From the NCBI GenBank assembly GCA_021414205.1, contig JAIOOW010000003.1, positions 364,365-428,364 of the forward strand: DNA of 64,000 bases, in the 5' to 3' direction. The notes under the pieces were generated by a model. That model was not told the origin of the DNA. It saw nothing but the letters and a program-made list of their open reading frames with translations, and did not search any database. Positions 54,394-62,727 of the stretch are shown piece by piece. A program made the translations under genes and the position numbers. The stretch comes from Candidatus Anderseniibacteriota bacterium (GTDB taxonomy: Bacteria; Patescibacteriota; Andersenbacteria; UBA10190). Position 1 is the stretch's first letter; every line of letters begins with the position of its first letter.

Positions 54394-54422
54394 AATATAG
54401 CGCAAATATTGACTAATGTCAA
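54394..54422 (-). promoter_or_regulatory. sigma70 promoter with a TTGAC-N4-GTCAA palindrome over the -35
   Basis: TTGACA-17-TATATT; palindrome at 54409-54422. Confidence 0.7.
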
Positions 54423-56696
54423 CTAATCGTGCATTTTTTGCTGAGAAATAATGGCTGCAAGTACCCAAAATATGGCATTTGTAGGATATACGTCCCAAAT
54501 GTCTACAAAAAGCGCTTGGATAACAAAGCTAGTAATAAAGCCCACTCCCATAATGCCTAGAAGGCGTGTTATTCCCGATTGATTGTTTTTTATAAGGCGT
54601 AAAGATGTTATAAAAAATCTCCAAAAAAGCCATGCAGTAAATACGACACCGATAACCCCCATTTCGATAAATGTTTTTAAGTATTGATTATCTACCAGTG
54701 TGGCATCTTTTGATAATTGAATAGTACGAGAGTCCCCCGTTGCAATGTCGGCGGCTGTTACGTCTGACGGCATAGCTGTCTGCGTGATGCTGCTCCCGAG
54801 CCCTTTGCCGATAATTGCGTCAGTATTGGATGTTTGAGCAATGAGCTGTGTGATAAATCCAAATCGCGCAGCATTGCTGGCATATGTGGGGTCAAAGGCA
54901 CTTCGCAAGAATGTGCCTACGTGGGAAAATTGAAATATTCCCGCTCCTGCAATGAGGAGTGTGGCAAGTGTTACTGCGATATGCTTTTTCTGAATCGTAA
55001 TCCCCCCTGTTCTTTTCCAGATCAGGGTTGCAAATACACTCAGCGCTCCGATAATGAGTGCAATCCACGAGGCTCGCGTATAGGTGAAGTAGAGTAGTGG
55101 GAGCGTTGCGAGAAGCGTTGCGATAATAATAATTCTGTTTCTCGCATGCTTGTATCCCGCAAGTATGTAGCCGATACATAACATTTCTGTCGTTATGAGA
55201 AATTCTGCAAAAGGCGTAGGGTGTCCGAATGTGCTCCCCATTCTCGGAATCCAAATTTGGCGCGCAGGATCAAATCGCAGTACGGTACTGTCGGGGAATG
55301 ATTTGAGCTGAATGATTCCCAGCATCATTACTACTACAAGCGTTGCAAGAAACCACGCAAATCGTGTTGCCATGATTTTTTTTGTATGAGGCAAATATAA
55401 AACTGCGAAATATAGGAGAATATAGAGCAAGATATCTCGTAGGCGTAGTACTGCCAGTACGTGGGAGCTTGCATGGAGCGCCTCGATTATTGCCCATCCC
55501 GATAACGCAATAATGGGAGCAAGCAAACTGTTTTTTCTGTATGGCAATGTTTTATTAAAAAGCGGGACGAGGAATGTTTTGAAAAAAAGAGCAACAATAA
55601 TGACGTCTTTTACTAATGTGATATCGCCTAGCGTCTGCGTAACTTTTAATAACGGCAGCAGTGGCGATAGAACAATCAACAGCAATAACCCTTCTTCGGG
55701 ATTATCCCATACCCACCATGCAACACATGTGAACGCGAGTACTGCTACGCCGAGCTGCATGCTGATAAATAATGCAATAAATAAGGCGCTTACGAGCGCG
55801 ATACTTGCCCAGGCGAAGCGGGAAGAATGTTTTGTAGTACCTATCAAAACGGCAATAGCGTATGCAATCGGGTAGAGGACGACTAATACGGCGTATGAAA
55901 ATGCGCCCAGATGTTTCCTTGCATACACAAGAGCGCTATGAAGGAACGGAGCTGTTTTTTTAGCGCCATACAGCTGGTTAAAACTCACTCCCCCGTAATG
56001 CATAATTTCTGCATGTGGCGTATATATAGTTTCCCATCCATTATTTTTTGCACGTCTGCAATAATCTACTTCTTCAAACCAGATCCAGAATTGTTCATCT
56101 AATACGCCAATTTGTTTTATGACTTCGTTCCGTATTAAAAATCCCGCACCCATGACCTGGTTAACTGATTGCTCTTGCGAATAATCGAAATCGACCATCA
56201 TGTACTTTTTCCAGAACGGTGCATTGGGAATTATTCTCTGCATTTTTAAGAATAGTGTTGCAAGAATGCTGAGCGTCGGGAACCTGCGTACTGATTTCTG
56301 TACGGTGCCGTCTGCATTCGACAGTTTTGCGCCAACGATCCCCGCTTTGCTATTGCGCGATAAAACGGCAACCATATTTTTTATGGCATCTGGGCGTACT
56401 TCTGTATCGGGATTAAGGAGCAGTATGTGATCATCTTGCCCGCCATGTTCGTGAACATATTGAATCCCTAAATTTGTTGCTTTTGAGAATCCGAGGTTTT
56501 GTTGCTGGGATAAGAAGGTGGCAGTCTGCAAATCGGTATTCTGCGCTTTATCCAGCGACCCGTCGATTGAATTATTATCGACTATGACAACATGCCGAAT
56601 CATATCTAATTCCGGAAGCTTTGAAATACTTGCAATACATTGTGCGAGCAAGCCCCCTGTATTCCAATTCACAATAACTATCGAGACCTTTTGCAT
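54423..56696 (-). CDS. Fusion of GT2 glycosyltransferase and O-antigen ligase-like (Wzy_C) membrane domain
   Basis: N-terminal SIVIVNWN/LNPD/FEEVDYC; C-terminal R..STFGHP, TYTRASW, G.GLG and DNQYL..IEMG. Confidence 0.87.
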   Translation of the reverse strand: MQKVSIVIVNWNTGGLLAQCIASISKLPELDMIRHVVIVDNNSIDGSLDKAQNTDLQTATFLSQQQNLGFSKATNLGIQYVHEHGGQDDHILLLNPDTEVRPDAIKNMVAVLSRNSKAGIVGAKLSNADGTVQKSVRRFPTLSILATLFLKMQRIIPNAPFWKKYMMVDFDYSQEQSVNQVMGAGFLIRNEVIKQIGVLDEQFWIWFEEVDYCRRAKNNGWETIYTPHAEIMHYGGVSFNQLYGAKKTAPFLHSALVYARKHLGAFSYAVLVVLYPIAYAIAVLIGTTKHSSRFAWASIALVSALFIALFISMQLGVAVLAFTCVAWWVWDNPEEGLLLLIVLSPLLPLLKVTQTLGDITLVKDVIIVALFFKTFLVPLFNKTLPYRKNSLLAPIIALSGWAIIEALHASSHVLAVLRLRDILLYILLYFAVLYLPHTKKIMATRFAWFLATLVVVMMLGIIQLKSFPDSTVLRFDPARQIWIPRMGSTFGHPTPFAEFLITTEMLCIGYILAGYKHARNRIIIIATLLATLPLLYFTYTRASWIALIIGALSVFATLIWKRTGGITIQKKHIAVTLATLLIAGAGIFQFSHVGTFLRSAFDPTYASNAARFGFITQLIAQTSNTDAIIGKGLGSSITQTAMPSDVTAADIATGDSRTIQLSKDATLVDNQYLKTFIEMGVIGVVFTAWLFWRFFITSLRLIKNNQSGITRLLGIMGVGFITSFVIQALFVDIWDVYPTNAIFWVLAAIISQQKMHD

Positions 56697-56702
56697 ATAT
56701 GG

Positions 56703-56709
56703 TATAGTA
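56703..56709. promoter_or_regulatory. Overlapping divergent -10 hexamers
   Basis: TATAGT (plus, 56703-56708) and TACTAT (minus, 56709-56704), each 7 nt from an ATG. Confidence 0.6.
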
Positions 56710-56715
56710 TGGTGT

Positions 56716-57474
56716 ATGGCGCATCGTGATGCAATCGTGACATTTTTAGACGAACAATTGCCAGGCGGAGATTTTAATGATCCGAGCTTTAACGGTTTGC
56801 AGGTTGAGGGCAAGGAATCCGTAACAAAGATTGTCACTGGAGTGACAGCCGGGAAGGAATTATTTGCTCGGGCCGCAGAAGCAGAAGCTGATTTTATCGT
56901 TACGCATCACGGACATTATTGGAGATATGGTACACCCTCTCTTACTGGGTGGGAAAAGCGCAGACTTGATATATTGCTGGAAAATAAGATGTCGCTCTAT
57001 GCATCCCATTTGCCACTAGACAAGCACCCGAGACTTGGAAATAACGCTCAGCTGTTAGCATTGCTGAATGCAGAAATTACTAATGACTTCTCTTCTCATG
57101 AGGATACGAGCAGTAGTTATATGGGGATGATTATGCGAGGCAAGCATCTTGATGAAATTACAGGAATTTTGGAAAATGGATTGAATACGAAGTGCATTAC
57201 GCTTCCGTTCGGCCCTGCTATTATTCGCACTGTTGCTGTTGTGTCTGGTGGCGGAGGGTATAAATCGTTTGCAGAAGCGCTTGATGCAAAAGTGGATTTA
57301 TTTATTACAGGCGATACTGCGGAAATATATAATGATGCAAAAGATTCCGGAACAAATGTTATTTTTGCCGGCCACCACGCAACCGAACGCCTTGGAGTGA
57401 AAGCGCTCGGTGATTTACTGCAGAAAACATTCGAAGTGCAGGTAGAATTTATCGACGTTCCTACGGGATTGTGA
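56716..57474 (+). CDS. Nif3/YbgI-like dinuclear metal protein
   Basis: NGLQVEG, THHG, SHLPLDKHP..GNN and AGHHATE motifs. Confidence 0.93.
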   Translation: MAHRDAIVTFLDEQLPGGDFNDPSFNGLQVEGKESVTKIVTGVTAGKELFARAAEAEADFIVTHHGHYWRYGTPSLTGWEKRRLDILLENKMSLYASHLPLDKHPRLGNNAQLLALLNAEITNDFSSHEDTSSSYMGMIMRGKHLDEITGILENGLNTKCITLPFGPAIIRTVAVVSGGGGYKSFAEALDAKVDLFITGDTAEIYNDAKDSGTNVIFAGHHATERLGVKALGDLLQKTFEVQVEFIDVPTGL

Positions 57475-57891
57475 TTATCCCCAAAGAGTGACGATAGCTC
57501 CAATTATTGCAAACTGAACAAGATTATATCCTGCATTCAATGCATATAATTTCCACGACTTCCCTTCCCATAATACTGAGCTCAGCAGAAGAGGTAGTGC
57601 GAATCCTAGCCACGCCCAAAATCCGACCATGAGGCCGTCAGTTATTGTGAGAGCTCCTACTGTTCGAGCAAACATGCCCAACACGGCTGCTAATACTAAT
57701 GATCCGACAAACATCATGCCATATGATTTCATCATGCTCTGTGATTGCTTTGCTTTCATTTGATCTGCGCTCCAACCTTGGAGCTCGGACCATATTTTTC
57801 CGAATAATGGACCGTACCAAATATATCCTAGGATCATGCTTACGATTCCGGATCCGACAATTGCTAATATGCTTACGCTTTCAAACATCAT
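57475..57891 (-). CDS. DUF1761-like membrane protein
   Basis: GYIWYGPLFGKIW, WLGF and WE.K.W....NAGY motifs. Confidence 0.8.
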   Translation of the reverse strand: MMFESVSILAIVGSGIVSMILGYIWYGPLFGKIWSELQGWSADQMKAKQSQSMMKSYGMMFVGSLVLAAVLGMFARTVGALTITDGLMVGFWAWLGFALPLLLSSVLWEGKSWKLYALNAGYNLVQFAIIGAIVTLWG

Positions 57892-58991
57892 AATGTACTC
57901 ACCCCCTTTATAATGCGCAATGTTTCTTGCGCTGTTGTATCCCAGGAAAATTTTGCTGATCGTTCGATGCATCTGCTCGTAACTTCGTCATGGTTGCGCA
58001 ATGCGTATGTTATGCCGTCTGCAATAGATTGGGAAGATAGCGGATCAACAAGCACGCCGGCACCTTCCATGATTTCTTTCGTCGAAGAGCAGTTGCTAGT
58101 AACAACAGGAACTCCGCATGCCCCCGCTTCTATAATCGGGATCCCGAAACCTTCTTGTAGGCTTGGCAATACAAACACCTGAGCGTTTGCGTAGAGTGTT
58201 GGTAATAATTCGTCCGGTACTGCGCCGGTGAGTAAAATATTTTTTCGTGCAGAAGATGTTTTAATACGTTCAAAGATTTCTTTATTATTCCAGCCGTGCC
58301 CGCCTGCTATGACGAGCTGGTGGTCTGAATTCCTTAGAAGTTCAAACGCTTCTACGAGCCTGTCGATATTTTTTCGAGGCTGAATTTGCCCTACAAATAA
58401 AATATAATTATTTTTTATATCAGGATATTTTTCTTGCAGTTTATTAAAGCCATCATGTTTTTCTGTATCTGAAAAAATCTTAAACCGATCATGATCGATA
58501 CCGTGATGTACTACATGTACATTTTTTTCTCTGCCGTAATACTTCTTGATATCTTGCTTCGTCGCATCTGATACCGCGATGATTGTATCTGCCTCCTTGG
58601 CAACTTGGGCAGAAAACGTATGCAAGAGCAGCCAATCCTTTGTTCTAAATTGCGGGCCGTATTCGTGAAATGCTAAGTCGTGAATAACAGCAATTGTTTT
58701 CATCTTTTTCCTGCGTAATATCGGCAACTGCTGAATCGGCATAAACAATACATCTGGATTGTCCCAAAATAAATCCCAGGCAAATCGTGTTTGCGTCCAA
58801 GCTCCCGGCGCAGATGACGAATGCCAGCAAGTGTTCTCCTCTCCTGTGCTCGGTGAGGGGCATGGCCCATAAAAATTCCAACTATCTCCCCGAGCTAATT
58901 CTGGCAATCGCGCCATGAGTTCGCGCGTATATCGCGTCGTTCCATCCGCCCTCCCGGTGCAAATATCCGATGCATCAAATGCGATGTTCAT
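57888..58991 (-). CDS. Glycosyltransferase family 4
   Basis: IHDLAF, PRKN and PS..EGFGIPIIEA motifs. Confidence 0.92.
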   Translation of the reverse strand: MNIAFDASDICTGRADGTTRYTRELMARLPELARGDSWNFYGPCPSPSTGEENTCWHSSSAPGAWTQTRFAWDLFWDNPDVLFMPIQQLPILRRKKMKTIAVIHDLAFHEYGPQFRTKDWLLLHTFSAQVAKEADTIIAVSDATKQDIKKYYGREKNVHVVHHGIDHDRFKIFSDTEKHDGFNKLQEKYPDIKNNYILFVGQIQPRKNIDRLVEAFELLRNSDHQLVIAGGHGWNNKEIFERIKTSSARKNILLTGAVPDELLPTLYANAQVFVLPSLQEGFGIPIIEAGACGVPVVTSNCSSTKEIMEGAGVLVDPLSSQSIADGITYALRNHDEVTSRCIERSAKFSWDTTAQETLRIIKGVSTL

Positions 58992-58995
58992 AATG

Positions 58996-61620
58996 TTATC
59001 CTACCGTTTTTTCGAGCAATTTCATAAGCTCTTTTACTCTGTGATCATACCCATGCTGGTGCGCCAACTTTTTGCGAGTATCGGAATCTTTATTTTTTTC
59101 TGCAAGTTGTTTTGTAATAAGTGATGTAAATTCCTTTTGTGTTTTTGCGTACCCGATCATGTCTTTGTATTCTTCGAGCTCCGGCAACCCAGTTGCAATA
59201 ATAGGTTTGCCAGTTGCCATGAATTCCCAGAATTTGAGCGGGAAACTGGAGCGATTATACTCGTTGTTTTTATATGGAATAAGGCAGATATCGAAATGTT
59301 GAACATATGCCGGCACATCTGCGCGAGGGATAGATCCGATCATGTGAACGTTTTTCAAGTTCGTCAGTTTTTTTAATGCTTTTGTTTTTTTGTCTACAAT
59401 CGGAGCGCCAACGAATACAAAATGCCAGGTCGGATTTTTTTCTGCAGTAGCAACGAGCAAATCGAAATCATACTTGTAAGAATCCAGCGCGCCTACTGAT
59501 CCGAGTAGCGGATGTGGGATGCTCTTTAATGCGTTGTCCGCATTCTTTTTTGCGCTACCTGAGATTTCCCTTTCGTATAATTCGACATCGCCCGCGTTCA
59601 ATACTAGTTGCACATTCTTTGCATGTTTTCGTTTTAGTTTAAAGAGATGCTTGGAGGTAACGGTTACTAAATCTGCGCGCTTTAATATAGTTCGCTCTTC
59701 GTCATGTACGCGCTTTGCGTTGCGATTTACTCCCGCTTGCGATGCGTGATTATCTACGCAGTCATATATAACGGTCGCGTCTTTAAACATGGGCAAGTAT
59801 TCAGCCGCCTCGGTGTCATAGAGCCACAGCACCGTGTTTCCTTCTAAAAAGCCGAGCGCACGAGCCGTACTCTGCACTCGTCGCTTATTGAACCAATGAT
59901 TGATGGCACTGATCCATGCAAACTCTCGAGAGCCGGGAATGATATTAAATTGAGACGTTATGTAGAGCAAGTCTGATCGCTGTTCATATTTAAAAACGCG
60001 CAAGAAAAATCGCATCATTTTTTTGGGATGCAATATATTTTCAAATACATACCGAATAATCCATACGCGCGGCTCTATGTATAGCACGGGATATTTTTTA
60101 GAAAGGCGCGCCATGACATGCTGCCTGTTTGTCCAACTCCCTTGGTCGTAGAGGGATCCGGCAAAACAGATAATTCTCGTGCGCGATGCAGATTCAACCG
60201 CGGTGATACTTGTAGAAACGAGGTGATAGTATGTTTCGCTTAGGATGTATACCAGCACGAGAGTATATGCACATATTCTAAATAGAAGTGACGGGTCGGT
60301 GTATAAAAAGATGCTTACAAACCCCAATACCCCGAGCAGGGTGGCGATTCTGATAGGAGTGAGGCGAATATTGAGCATTCGATATGCCATAATAATCATG
60401 AATGCATACGCGATAACGGAGCTTGTAGCCATGCCGGTGACCGCAACAAAAATCGCATTGCTTGAGTACAGTCCAATGCCTGAAAAAATTGCCGCAATTC
60501 CGGTCAGTATTCCAAATGTAATAGCCCGCATCCTCGGTTTGTTTGCAGAAACGAACATGCTGCTAGTTCCAATATCTACAAGTGAATACAAGAAAAAGGC
60601 AATCGTCATAATAATGATATACGGCGTTGCCGGGTAATATGCAGGTTTACGGATCACGATATGCAATATTTCTGGAACGAAAAATAGTAGGGTAATTGTA
60701 ATGAGAGATAGTAACAGTAATACGCGGTGCATCGTGTGTTCTGCGACTTGGAGAAACTTTTTCTTGCTTGTTGCAAAGAGGGTGCTCATCCATGAAAGAT
60801 TTACTTCTGACAATGCCGCTGCAAGAATGATCAACTTCGATCCGAACGTGAGTGAGATATTTAAGTATCCTAATTGGTCGCCACTGATAATTCCTCCGAG
60901 AATTAAAATTGGTAACCGCTGCCAAATAACGTAAAAGATTCTGGAGATATACATATATACGCTGATATGCAGGAGATTTTTCCCATATCGTTTTATTTCT
61001 TGCATATTCGGCAGCGCTAGGCTTCCTGCAAGCTGCTTTGCGACGATACCTCCGATTAGAACAACCATGAGCAGGGTCGTAATAATAATCGACCAAAAGA
61101 ATCCTGCAACGTGATATTTCCATGTTAAGAATCCGAATACGGCAATATTGATTGTTGCTGTAATGATTTGAATGGCATATAGGTGCACGAACTTTTTCAT
61201 TCCTGTAAGAGTTGCGCCTAATACATCTTGCATGCCCTGCAGAATAAGTACGCCAGCAAACATTTGAATATACGGAATAATTTCCGGGCGATGATAAATC
61301 TTCACTGCAATAATTCCTGCCAGTAACGCGAGGGCAAGGGAAAGCGGGATAGTCACGATTTGGCGCGCGATATGGGATACCCAAAAAACTTTTCCGATTT
61401 CGTTTTTGTTGTTCCGTACGGCTATTTCCCGAATGGCCCCGTCTACAATGCCCAAGTGCTGACTCACGCCGATAACTCCCCCGATAGACATGACAAGTCC
61501 GGTAATTCCGTACTCGGTAGGCGATAATACTCGGATAATAATAATGCTTTGAACAATACCCAATACGGTTGTAATCGCCTTCGTTGAGACGGACAGTAAT
61601 TGAATTTTCCCGAGGTTCAT
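58996..61620 (-). CDS. Fusion of Wzx-like flippase and GT-B (TuaH-like) glycosyltransferase
   Basis: Multi-TM N-half (R.LSPTEYG); C-half NRQHVM, YDCVDNH, DICLIPY and PLKFWEFMATGKP. Confidence 0.85.
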   Translation of the reverse strand: MNLGKIQLLSVSTKAITTVLGIVQSIIIIRVLSPTEYGITGLVMSIGGVIGVSQHLGIVDGAIREIAVRNNKNEIGKVFWVSHIARQIVTIPLSLALALLAGIIAVKIYHRPEIIPYIQMFAGVLILQGMQDVLGATLTGMKKFVHLYAIQIITATINIAVFGFLTWKYHVAGFFWSIIITTLLMVVLIGGIVAKQLAGSLALPNMQEIKRYGKNLLHISVYMYISRIFYVIWQRLPILILGGIISGDQLGYLNISLTFGSKLIILAAALSEVNLSWMSTLFATSKKKFLQVAEHTMHRVLLLLSLITITLLFFVPEILHIVIRKPAYYPATPYIIIMTIAFFLYSLVDIGTSSMFVSANKPRMRAITFGILTGIAAIFSGIGLYSSNAIFVAVTGMATSSVIAYAFMIIMAYRMLNIRLTPIRIATLLGVLGFVSIFLYTDPSLLFRICAYTLVLVYILSETYYHLVSTSITAVESASRTRIICFAGSLYDQGSWTNRQHVMARLSKKYPVLYIEPRVWIIRYVFENILHPKKMMRFFLRVFKYEQRSDLLYITSQFNIIPGSREFAWISAINHWFNKRRVQSTARALGFLEGNTVLWLYDTEAAEYLPMFKDATVIYDCVDNHASQAGVNRNAKRVHDEERTILKRADLVTVTSKHLFKLKRKHAKNVQLVLNAGDVELYEREISGSAKKNADNALKSIPHPLLGSVGALDSYKYDFDLLVATAEKNPTWHFVFVGAPIVDKKTKALKKLTNLKNVHMIGSIPRADVPAYVQHFDICLIPYKNNEYNRSSFPLKFWEFMATGKPIIATGLPELEEYKDMIGYAKTQKEFTSLITKQLAEKNKDSDTRKKLAHQHGYDHRVKELMKLLEKTVG

Positions 61621-62711
61621 AATGAGGTGAGGATATCTTCTAAGCTACCAATAATGCTATTCCAGGTGAATTCAGCTGTTACGCGCTGTTTTCCCATTTC
61701 CCCATAGTGCTTTGCTTTATCCGGATTTTCAAGCAGGGTTGTAATTGCTTGAGATATGGATGTGGTATCGCCCGGCTGCGCCAATATGCCCGTCACGCCG
61801 TCTTGTACGGCTTCTGGCACGCCCCCCGTATTTGTTCCAATAACTGGCAATCCGAAATATGCAGCTTCGTTGTATACAATACCGAACCCTTCGTAGTCGC
61901 CTGGCAGCTCTTTTGGAGTAAGCGCGAATAGCTGTGCGCGAGAATATAGCGCATGCACATCCTCATCGGAAATTGCGCCGAGGAATTTCGCATCGATATC
62001 GAGTTTCTGAGCCAGTTGCTCAAGATTGCTTCGTTCTGGCCCATCGCCGACGACGACAATACTCTTTTTTATAATTGCCATTGCGCGAAGTAAATCATCT
62101 ATTCCCTTTCTCTTAACTAATCTTGACACAGTAAGAATATATGGCGCTGTAATATCATATTTTTTCAGCACGTCATCGGGATTATTTTTTTGATCGAGCT
62201 TATCAGTATCTATTCCCGGATACATAAACATCACGCGCTCCTCATGGGCGCCTAATGTTATAACACTTTCCTTTGTTTGCTTATTCATTACTAATACAAA
62301 TGCCGCATCATGTAATACATGGGATGCTTGGGTAGATGTTTTAATATTCGATTTCCATGTGGCAATTTCCATGCCATACGTACACACGATATATGGAGCT
62401 CCCAGTATCTTTTTAACTATTCGTGCAACTCTTCCTTCGAATAGTGTCTTTCCGCAAATAATAGCATCAGGCTTTTGCATCATGGCTCGTACGAGCAGAT
62501 ACAATGCAAACGGCATCCATGATGGTTTTATAATTGGCCAAAAAATTCGTGATGCAATAACGGAAACTCCGGACATCTTTGCAGAACCTGGGGGCGCAAA
62601 TACCGTAATATCATGCTCATGTTTTGCAAGGCTCTCTGCAATACCTGTTATATATCGCTCAATCCCCCCTACTCGAGGCGGCCAATTTTCAGCAATAATC
62701 CATATGTTCAT
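61617..62711 (-). CDS. Glycosyltransferase family 4
   Basis: PP..GGIE, RLVKRKG and EGFGIVYNEA motifs. Confidence 0.92.
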   Translation of the reverse strand: MNIWIIAENWPPRVGGIERYITGIAESLAKHEHDITVFAPPGSAKMSGVSVIASRIFWPIIKPSWMPFALYLLVRAMMQKPDAIICGKTLFEGRVARIVKKILGAPYIVCTYGMEIATWKSNIKTSTQASHVLHDAAFVLVMNKQTKESVITLGAHEERVMFMYPGIDTDKLDQKNNPDDVLKKYDITAPYILTVSRLVKRKGIDDLLRAMAIIKKSIVVVGDGPERSNLEQLAQKLDIDAKFLGAISDEDVHALYSRAQLFALTPKELPGDYEGFGIVYNEAAYFGLPVIGTNTGGVPEAVQDGVTGILAQPGDTTSISQAITTLLENPDKAKHYGEMGKQRVTAEFTWNSIIGSLEDILTSL

Positions 62712-62727
62712 ATGGATTAATCATACA

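Noticed and set aside
60647-61384. 245-aa alternate-frame ORF inside the flippase
   Set aside because: Fully nested, no recognisable motif, and the main frame is intact
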